DNA from: Trueperaceae bacterium
Lineage (GTDB): Bacteria > Deinococcota > Deinococci > Deinococcales > Trueperaceae
DNA length: 64,000 nt
Direction of reading: 5' to 3'
Assembly: GCA_965215565.1 (NCBI GenBank)
Contig: CBDCDZ010000004.1
Location: 3,072,001-3,136,000, forward strand
In this document: piece after piece, positions 57,097-64,000 of the stretch
How the letters are laid out: each line of letters starts with the position of its first letter
How positions within the stretch are numbered: the stretch's first letter is position 1
Notes under the pieces: model-generated
The model's input: only the letters and a program-made list of their open reading frames with translations
The model's database searches: none
Told to the model about the DNA's origin: nothing
Program-made: the position numbers and the translations under genes

Positions 57097-58257
57097 TTAC
57101 TTCCTTCCTGCTCTCCAATTAAACCCAAACCCGTAATGCTCATCCGCCTCGCGGTGTCCCGCAAAGTAACGCTCCTCTTTGGTGATGAGCACGTCGCCCT
57201 GTCTGTTCTCAATCGTGCAGATGGCGCAGAAGGTACGCTTGGGGTCGGGGTTGTCCAGATTGATGACGATTTCGCGCCCGTTCGGGTCGGTGAGGCTGAG
57301 GCGCGCGTTGACCTCGCCGAAGCCGCGTGCCCCCTCGTAGATAAAGGTGAAGACCATGACCTTGTCGATGAGGTCAGGGCGAAATATCGTCAAGTTCTCG
57401 CCGTCTTGCGCCGCGCCGCTGCGGTCGTCTTTGTCTAGGAGGATGTAGGGCGACTCGCCCCGTGCGCCGAAGTAGCCGCCGACGGGCTGAATCACGTGCG
57501 AGTCGCCGTCTTGCATCATGAACATGCAGCCCAGGTCGAGGTCGGGCGCTTTTTGGGCAAACCTGCGCTTTTCTGGACTCTGCCAGTTGAGGTTGACGTG
57601 CACCTGGTTCGCGCCGCGCTTGCTGAGGTTGACGCGCTGCTGGTCGCCGCGTTTCTCTAGGGTGACTTTACTTAGATTGACAGTAGGAGGAGGTGGCGGC
57701 GCGGGCTCTGGTTCAGGCGTTGCAGATTGAATCTCTTCCCCGCCGAAGTGCGCGAGAAGGGCACTTAGACCGCCGTTAAAGCCTTGTCCAACCGCTGAAA
57801 CGCGCCACTCCCCTTTACAGTAAATCTCTGCGAGGATAATGGCTTTTTCGCTCGAGAAATCCGTCCCCGAAAACTCAAAGCGCATCACCTCTTGGTCCGA
57901 CGCGCTGAGGCGAACGTAGCCGCTGTTCAAACCATTCATACTGCCTGTACCGTCAAGCGACACGGTGAGAACGAGCCGTTCAATCGTGTTGGGGAGCTTA
58001 TCTAAGTCAATGCGGAACTGCTCGCGCTCGAGCATGTTCCCGCCCAACGACTCCAGCGCCCCCTCGGGGCTGCGCTTCTGGTTGTAGAAGATGAAGTAGC
58101 GGTCATCAGAGAGTTTACCGTTGGCGTCCACTCCGAAGAGGCTCACGTCCATATCGCCAGGGACTTGGCTGGATAAACCGACGCCTAGCTCGAGCCTCTT
58201 CTGTGGGGTCAACGCACTTAACTTGCTCTTCTGACCGCGAACGAAAGTTTGAGACAC
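57097..58257 (-). CDS. TerD-domain + TerA-like C-terminal domain protein
   Basis: [27 protein letters not shown], Pro linker, DLDLGC and LDKDDRSG motifs. Confidence 0.85.
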   Translation of the reverse strand: MSQTFVRGQKSKLSALTPQKRLELGVGLSSQVPGDMDVSLFGVDANGKLSDDRYFIFYNQKRSPEGALESLGGNMLEREQFRIDLDKLPNTIERLVLTVSLDGTGSMNGLNSGYVRLSASDQEVMRFEFSGTDFSSEKAIILAEIYCKGEWRVSAVGQGFNGGLSALLAHFGGEEIQSATPEPEPAPPPPPTVNLSKVTLEKRGDQQRVNLSKRGANQVHVNLNWQSPEKRRFAQKAPDLDLGCMFMMQDGDSHVIQPVGGYFGARGESPYILLDKDDRSGAAQDGENLTIFRPDLIDKVMVFTFIYEGARGFGEVNARLSLTDPNGREIVINLDNPDPKRTFCAICTIENRQGDVLITKEERYFAGHREADEHYGFGFNWRAGRK

Positions 58258-58260
58258 CCC

Positions 58261-59826
58261 TTACCTACCCCCGCTGATGATGTCGCCTAAGAGCCCCGAT
58301 CCACCTGCGCCGCGCTGCTCGCCCGTTTGCCGCCGGAGTGCAGACTTGAGCCGGTCAGCGAGTCTCGAGAGGGGTAAGCTCTGCAAGTAGATACGCCCCG
58401 GACCCTTCAGGGTTGCCATGAAAAGACCCTCGCCGCCGAAGAGCGCGTTCTTGAAGCCGCCGATGAATTCGATGTTGTAGTCCACCGTGGGAGCCATGCC
58501 GACTAAGCAGCCCGTGTCCACGCGCAAGGTCTCCCCTGATTTAAGGTCGCGCTGAACGATGGCACCGCCCGCGTGAATAAAGGCGCGTCCGTCCCCTTTG
58601 AGCCGCTGGAGGATGAAGCCCTCACCGCCGAAAAAGCCCGCGCCGATGCGCTTGGTAAAGGCGACGCTGATGTCCACACCCTTCGCCGCGCACAAAAAAG
58701 CGTCCTTCTGACAGAAGAACTCGTTGCCGAACTCACTGAGGTCTAAAGGCACGATGCGCCCCGGATAGGGCGCGGCAAAGGCGACGTGCCCTTTGCCCTG
58801 ACCTTGAAACACGAACGAGGTGATGAAGAAGCTCTCGCCACTGATGGCTCTTCGCAGCCCGCCCAAGAGCCCCTGCATGATGCCGCCACCGTCGCCGCCC
58901 ATGCCCGTATTCATTTTGATACCGTCGCCCATGTACATCATCGCGCCGACTTCGGCTTGGACGGATTCGCCGTGGTCGAGTTCGACTTCGACGAGCTGCA
59001 TGTCGTCACCGAAGATGTGATAGTCGATGACGTCCGCGCTACCGCCCTGATTCATGGTCTGTCCACTGCTCCTCCGAATGCTCTCCGCCCCCTGCATCCC
59101 TGAGCCCGACATGGCGGCTCTTTGCTGCTGCGTGGATTGTTGTTGAAAGCTTGAGCTTCCCGACGAGGAGACGTTGCTCGCACCCGGCGGCATATTCGGC
59201 TTCGAGGTCTGCACGCTCGGCATGGGCGGCGTGGTCTGTCCGGTAAACTGCCCGTACTGCGTGTTGGTCTGAGGGGGCGGCTGGTAATTGGGGTGCGCTT
59301 GCGGCGGCTGAGGTGGAGGAGGTGAGGCGGACTGACCGCCGAAGTGCTCCAATAAAGCCTCCAACCCTCCCTGAAATCCTTGCCCCACCGCCGCGAGCCG
59401 CCACTCATCTTTAAGGTAAAGCTCCGCGAGAATGAGCGCTTTTTCGCCGCTGAGTTCAGCGGCGGCGGTGCTATACGTCGCGTAGCCGCCATCTGAACCC
59501 GTCAGCGTGAACTGCGTGTTGCCCGGCCCAGCTTGCTCACCCGTCACTGTAAAGACAAGCCGCTGGACCTGCGGCGGTAGCTTAGCAAGGTCAACGTTGA
59601 CGTTGACCCTACCGTTACTCGCCGGACTCGCGACGATGGCTCCTTCGGGTGAGCTTAGCTGGTTGTAAAAGATGAAGTAACGCTCATCCGTGAGCTTGCC
59701 GCTCGAGTCCACCCCGAACACACTGATATCGGCGTCGCTACGGTCGCTGCTCATCGCTACCTGAAGGTTTGTGCTGCGCGTAATCTCCCCCAGCTTCGTC
59801 TTCTGTCCGCGAACGAGGGTGCTCAT
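58261..59826 (-). CDS. TerD-domain fused to AIM24/TIGR00266 domain
   Basis: N-terminal TerD motifs, P/Q/S linker, then IFGDDMQLVEVELD...FAAPYPG...CQKDAFLCAA...FGGEG...QSLP.SRLA. Confidence 0.88.
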   Translation of the reverse strand: MSTLVRGQKTKLGEITRSTNLQVAMSSDRSDADISVFGVDSSGKLTDERYFIFYNQLSSPEGAIVASPASNGRVNVNVDLAKLPPQVQRLVFTVTGEQAGPGNTQFTLTGSDGGYATYSTAAAELSGEKALILAELYLKDEWRLAAVGQGFQGGLEALLEHFGGQSASPPPPQPPQAHPNYQPPPQTNTQYGQFTGQTTPPMPSVQTSKPNMPPGASNVSSSGSSSFQQQSTQQQRAAMSGSGMQGAESIRRSSGQTMNQGGSADVIDYHIFGDDMQLVEVELDHGESVQAEVGAMMYMGDGIKMNTGMGGDGGGIMQGLLGGLRRAISGESFFITSFVFQGQGKGHVAFAAPYPGRIVPLDLSEFGNEFFCQKDAFLCAAKGVDISVAFTKRIGAGFFGGEGFILQRLKGDGRAFIHAGGAIVQRDLKSGETLRVDTGCLVGMAPTVDYNIEFIGGFKNALFGGEGLFMATLKGPGRIYLQSLPLSRLADRLKSALRRQTGEQRGAGGSGLLGDIISGGR

Positions 59827-59829
59827 CCG

Positions 59830-60408
59830 CTACCCGACGTTCACGCCGAAGTTTTTCGCTAGCGGTCCGAGACCACCGTTATAACCCTGCCCGACGGCTC
59901 TAAACTTCCACTCGTTGTTGTGACGGTAGAGTTCGCCAAAAATCATCGCCGTCTCGGTGCTCGCGTCCTCCGAGAGGTCGTAACGGGTGATTTCGTTGTT
60001 ACTTTCAGCGTTGACGACACGGATAAAGGCGTTTTGGACCATGCCGAAGTTCTGCTTGCGCGAGTCGGCATCGTGAATGGTGACTGCTACGACGAGCTTC
60101 TGCACGTCATTGGGCACGCTTGGGAGCTGCACCTTAATGGCTTCGTCGTCCCCTTCGCCCTCGCCCGTGCGGTTATCACCCGTGTGCTCGACGGAGCCGT
60201 CCGAGCTTTTGAGGTTGTTATAGAAGATGAAATCCTGATCGCTGCGAATCTTGCCCGATTCGTTTAGCAAAAAGACGCTCGCGTCTAAGTCGAAGTCCGA
60301 GCCGTCCGTACTGCGCACGTCCCAACCCAAGCCAACCATCGCGTTCTTTAAGTTCGGGTCTTCCTTGCTGAGACTGACGTTGCCACCTTTTTGTAGACTG
60401 ACTGCCAT
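59830..60408 (-). CDS. terD: TerD family protein
   Basis: [30 protein letters not shown] and WKFRAVGQG motifs. Confidence 0.93.
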   Translation of the reverse strand: MAVSLQKGGNVSLSKEDPNLKNAMVGLGWDVRSTDGSDFDLDASVFLLNESGKIRSDQDFIFYNNLKSSDGSVEHTGDNRTGEGEGDDEAIKVQLPSVPNDVQKLVVAVTIHDADSRKQNFGMVQNAFIRVVNAESNNEITRYDLSEDASTETAMIFGELYRHNNEWKFRAVGQGYNGGLGPLAKNFGVNVG

Positions 60409-60500
60409 GTTGTGCTCCTCTCGAGTTCTATAGATTTTAATAACTTCATTATGCCAAATGTAGGTTAAGAATGCGTCAAGCTAAAACAGTAACGAGTTCC

Positions 60501-60560
60501 GAGCAATGAGTGAAAAGCCTTTAGCTTTAACTTTCAACTCATTGCTCGTTGCTCATTGCT
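60501..60560. repeat. Heptamer (GCAATGA) inverted-repeat element, family A copy 2
   Basis: Reverse complement aligns with 18955-19013 with few differences. Confidence 0.8.
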
Positions 60561-60568
60561 CTCTACGC

Positions 60569-61145
60569 CTAGGTATTCACCCCATAAGACGACGCCAGCG
60601 GTCCCAACCCACCATTAAACCCTTGGCCGACAGCGCGAAACTTCCACTCATCGTTATGGCGGTAAACCTCTCCAAACACCATCGCCGCTTCGGTGCTCGC
60701 GTCTTCCGAGAGGTCATAGCGGGCGATTTCGTTATTGTTTTCAGCGTTCACCACGCGGATAAACGCGCTCTGCACCATGCCGAAGTTCTGGCGGCGGCTC
60801 TCGGCGTCGTGAATGGTCACGGCGACGACGACTTTTTGCACGTCACTCAGGAACGCCCTCTAAATTTACAGAGACAACCTCATCATCGCCTTCGCCTTCG
60901 CCCGTACGGTTGTCGCCCAAGTGCTCCACCGCGCCGTCGCTGCTTTTGGCGTTGTTGTAGAAGATGAAATCTTGGTCGCCGCGCACCTTGCCCGACTCGT
61001 TGAGTAAAAACGCGCTCGCGTCGAGGTCGAAGTCTGCGCCGTCCGTCGCCCGCAAATCCCAGCCTAAGCCCACGTTGATTTTCTTGAGCCCCGGCTCGGA
61101 TTTGGTCAGCGAGACGTTGCCACCTTTTTGCAAGTTGACTGCCAT
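60569..61145 (-). pseudogene. terD: TerD/TerE family gene with a 1-nt insertion near 60848
   Basis: ORFs 60843-61145 and 60569-60841 join into a 191-aa paralog of 59830-60408 if one base is removed. Confidence 0.85.
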
Positions 61146-61257
61146 ATGTGCCTCCTTTGCTGCTTCTATTTACGTTAGCATCAGTTTAGTATAGTTACGC
61201 CGTTGAAAATGTTACAAACATTGGTCGCTAAAGCTCAGCACGCTTCCTGCTGTTCAT

Positions 61258-61353
61258 TTAAGGCGCACTTTGCGGCGGCTCAGGGACGAAATGACCGATG
61301 AGCCTATCCCACACGCCAGCGAGACCTGTTCTGAATTCAGGAATGATTTGCAT
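61258..61353 (-). CDS. Small ORF MQIIPEFRTGLAGVWDRLIGHFVPEPPQSAP (peptide or gene remnant)
   Basis: Strong GAGGAGG RBS 3 nt before the ATG. Confidence 0.35.
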   Translation of the reverse strand: MQIIPEFRTGLAGVWDRLIGHFVPEPPQSAP

Positions 61354-61438
61354 TTTCCTCCTCGAGCTGCCCCGGTAACGTTTTAACTCGCACTCCTAAA
61401 TCTAGGTCCTTCCTCAAACCGCATTCACCGGAATGAAC

Positions 61439-62371
61439 TCACGGTGCGGCTCCTCTGTACCTAAGTGGCGTTACGCTCAAACCGTAATGCGCCGCCCTTT
61501 GCACAATCTGTTCCGCCCACCGTCTGTGCGTACTCGGCTCGCAGAGTCGCCCATTGCGCAAGAAAACGGCGGGCGCGTCCGCTTCTAAAATGGCTTGCGC
61601 GCTCTCCCACTCCTGCGGGCTAACTTTATAGCACGCTTCGATAACGGGGATTTGCTGAGGGTGAATCGCTGTTTTACCGAAAAGTCCGTGTTGCAAGTCG
61701 AGGTGGACCTCTCGGGTCAACGTTGCGGGGTCATTCACCGCGTCGTAAACAGGGGCGCTCAGGTTGAAACCGAAGGGTTTGAAGAGGGTGACGAGGCGAT
61801 TTATGACGTGTGAAAGCGGTGTGTCGTAGAGGAGCACGCCGCGCTCGCGGCGCAAGGAAAGCAGGTTCAAGAGGTCGTTGCCGCCGATGCGCAGGGATAA
61901 GATACGGCTTTTGATACGAGGCTCGAGCAACCTATCCCGCAGCCGTGTCATCAAGAGGTCGCTGAATACCTCTTGCGTTTCCAAGGTGAGCATCAGGGAA
62001 AGGTGACTCTGGGGCGGCAAGAGGTCGAGATAGTCCTCTAGGTTCTCCGCTGCGACTTTAGGTAAAACTAAACCGTGCAAGGAAGCGGTATTCATCGCGA
62101 GCACGTGGCGTAATACCTCCACATTTCGGACGCGCACGAAGCGCATAGGCGCGGCGGCGTCATCCAAGCTGAGGGTGTTTAGAGCCGTTGCCAAATTATG
62201 CAGCGCATAAGGCAGTTCGGACAGCCCCACCGCATCCTCCGTGCAGTAAATCAGCGAGCGGAGCGGGAACTTCTGACCTCTTCCAATCGCGACAAGGTCG
62301 GGATGCGTCGCCGGAACGTATAGACTCGCGCCGAGGGCGAGGGCGTCGTTGACATCCATAGTCGAGGTCAT
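61439..62371 (-). CDS. Ter-cluster HpcH/HpaI aldolase/citrate lyase family protein
   Basis: LGASLYVPA, CTEDAV, RIGGNDL and GKTAIHPQQI motifs. Confidence 0.9.
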   Translation of the reverse strand: MTSTMDVNDALALGASLYVPATHPDLVAIGRGQKFPLRSLIYCTEDAVGLSELPYALHNLATALNTLSLDDAAAPMRFVRVRNVEVLRHVLAMNTASLHGLVLPKVAAENLEDYLDLLPPQSHLSLMLTLETQEVFSDLLMTRLRDRLLEPRIKSRILSLRIGGNDLLNLLSLRRERGVLLYDTPLSHVINRLVTLFKPFGFNLSAPVYDAVNDPATLTREVHLDLQHGLFGKTAIHPQQIPVIEACYKVSPQEWESAQAILEADAPAVFLRNGRLCEPSTHRRWAEQIVQRAAHYGLSVTPLRYRGAAP

Positions 62372-63474
62372 ACGAGCCGCCGAATTAAGGAGACGGCCTC
62401 AAAGGGCATGGTGCTATCCTCTTCTACGGGAACACCTTTTTCCTCTGCTAAAACACGCAGGTGTTCAGTATCGGGGTCGTTCGCGTCGTGCAGGATGACC
62501 AGTGCAGGCGTGCGCCGCAAAAGCACGCGGGTCGCCTCACCGATGCCAGGTTTAACAAGGTTTTCGTCCTCTACGCCGTGCTCGCTTTTGAGGTCGTCTA
62601 AATATTGACGGCGGCGTTTGAAGAGGTCGGGGGTGGGCTCGAGCTTCCTTACACTTGGTGCGAGTGTGCTCGAGACCTCTTCAATCTGCTCAATGAACCA
62701 GCGGCTCCGGTCGAAGGGCGAGAGGTCATCTAAGAGCACGCAGCCGTGAAAGTCATCCGCCCCGATCTGCTCGTTCAAAATCGAACGGCTGACGAGCCCA
62801 CTCACCACGCCGCCCAAAATTGCACTCGGGATGAGGTAGTCTTGGGGCGTCGCGCTGTGCGCCGCGCTGCCGCAGAGGTCACTCACGGCGAGGAGTTGGG
62901 TGGGCAGGTCCGCGCTATGCTCAACGTTGAAATCCGTGACGCTTTTCTGCAACTCCCTAGCGATGACGCCTTTACCCGTCCAGCCGTCCAAGAAGTGAAT
63001 GTGCGCTTCCGAATGCTGACTGAGAACATATCTGAGCGCGTTTTCATCAATTCCCCGGTCACGGATGATGCTTACCGAGTAGTGATGAACCTCTCGGTTA
63101 AAACGGCTGCGCAAGAGGCGCGTCAAGGCGACGCCGACAGGTGTGCCCGCTCTTGCTAGCGAAACCAGGACGATTTTACCGCTCGGGGTGACTTCGTTCA
63201 GATAAGCCGCTAAGTCTAAGAGGTGCTGAGCAAACCGTGTTAAGTTCCGCGCCATTGCCTCGTCAAAGACGCGCCAGTACGGCGCGCTCGGGGCGCTCTC
63301 GCGGCTGATCATCTCGCTGTAGTGCTTAGTGCCGCTCTGGATGTAGCGCTCTTTTTCGGCTACGGGCGTGGGCTCGAGCCTCAACACTTTCAGCAAAAAC
63401 GTCACGTCATTCGGCGCGTAAGACCCGCTCAGTCCCCTCTTTGTGCCACTAAAGCCATCAATCACCTGAGACAT
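62368..63474 (-). CDS. Ter-cluster StiP-like PRTase-fold protein with C-terminal PELOTA-type RNA-binding domain
   Basis: GSY..DV.FLL, HYSEM, SLARAGTPVG, DGWTGKG and KPGIGEATRVLLRR motifs. Confidence 0.88.
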   Translation of the reverse strand: MSQVIDGFSGTKRGLSGSYAPNDVTFLLKVLRLEPTPVAEKERYIQSGTKHYSEMISRESAPSAPYWRVFDEAMARNLTRFAQHLLDLAAYLNEVTPSGKIVLVSLARAGTPVGVALTRLLRSRFNREVHHYSVSIIRDRGIDENALRYVLSQHSEAHIHFLDGWTGKGVIARELQKSVTDFNVEHSADLPTQLLAVSDLCGSAAHSATPQDYLIPSAILGGVVSGLVSRSILNEQIGADDFHGCVLLDDLSPFDRSRWFIEQIEEVSSTLAPSVRKLEPTPDLFKRRRQYLDDLKSEHGVEDENLVKPGIGEATRVLLRRTPALVILHDANDPDTEHLRVLAEEKGVPVEEDSTMPFEAVSLIRRLV

Positions 63475-64000
63475 AAAGCTCTAACCCCTCCTCTCTAATT
63501 TGCGAGCGGCTGGGCAGAACCGCGTAATCGCACCCTAGCATATAGCCCAAATCGCTCAAACTGTCGCCTAAACCCAGCGTCATGACCTCTTCACGCTGCC
63601 CGAAGCGTTCCTTTACGTAGGTGACGGCGTTCGCCTTGCTTATTGCACGAGGTAGCACAGCGACGTTGTTCCCGTTCGCGATGACTCGTAACTCGGGCTC
63701 ATTCTCGAGCAACTCCTGACAGAGACGGTGCGCCTTCGCCACCGCTTCCAAATCCGCCTGAGGATGCTTAATAACCAGATAGACCTCTTGCCCGAAGTCC
63801 CCGATGAGCCGAACGCGCAAGCCCAGTGACTCAGTTTGGTTGAGGTGCTCGAGTTCTCTCACTACACCTCTCAAGACTTGCGTCTGTGCCAAAACCTCTC
63901 CGACATGTGCCAGCCAACCCTCATCAGGTGTGCCGTCAGCCTGCAAAATCGTGCCGCCGTGGTTGACGATCGCGCCGTGGGCGAAGCGGCACCCTGAAGG
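63458..64000 (-). CDS. Ter-cluster HAD-like hydrolase, 3' part (runs off the window end)
   Basis: Open from the window edge: HGAIVNHGGTIL...NGNNVAVLP..SK..AV...GLGDSLSD..YM. Confidence 0.8.
   Translation of the reverse strand, partial: PSGCRFAHGAIVNHGGTILQADGTPDEGWLAHVGEVLAQTQVLRGVVRELEHLNQTESLGLRVRLIGDFGQEVYLVIKHPQADLEAVAKAHRLCQELLENEPELRVIANGNNVAVLPRAISKANAVTYVKERFGQREEVMTLGLGDSLSDLGYMLGCDYAVLPSRSQIREEGLELYVSGD

Overview
GC-rich bacterial chromosomal segment, most likely from the Deinococcota (Truepera-like). The evidence is the LysW-type lysine pathway genes, leaderless TANNNT promoters, Uma2 expansion, amylosucrase, Deinococcus-type small repeats and frequent CTCGAG. Housekeeping and metabolic genes include lysJ/lysZ/lysY, homoisocitrate dehydrogenase, enoyl-CoA hydratase and 3-hydroxybutyryl-CoA dehydrogenase, nucleoside phosphorylase, aguAB, recQ, mgtE, lon and two antiporters. 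Accessory modules include a VapBC pair coupled to lysZ, tandem Uma2 genes, an orphan Imm8, a mirror-image HTH/MFS duplication, a triple roadblock operon, a transglutaminase/alpha-E/CP-ATP-grasp operon and a ter stress cluster running off the right edge. The most notable non-coding signals are: (1) a DIP1984-family gene followed immediately by a ~220-nt multi-helix RNA with a canonical tRNA T-arm, with a second structured RNA upstream on the opposite strand; (2) an IS110 element whose left end reads as a bridge RNA with guides matching its own target and donor junctions, inserted at a dispersed genomic repeat; (3) an AT-rich GNAT cassette bounded by attC-like sites with no integrase in the window; (4) a Lys-Lys leader peptide with a terminator upstream of the lysine gene cluster. 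All calls come from reading the sequence and recognising motifs by eye. No database search or folding program was run.
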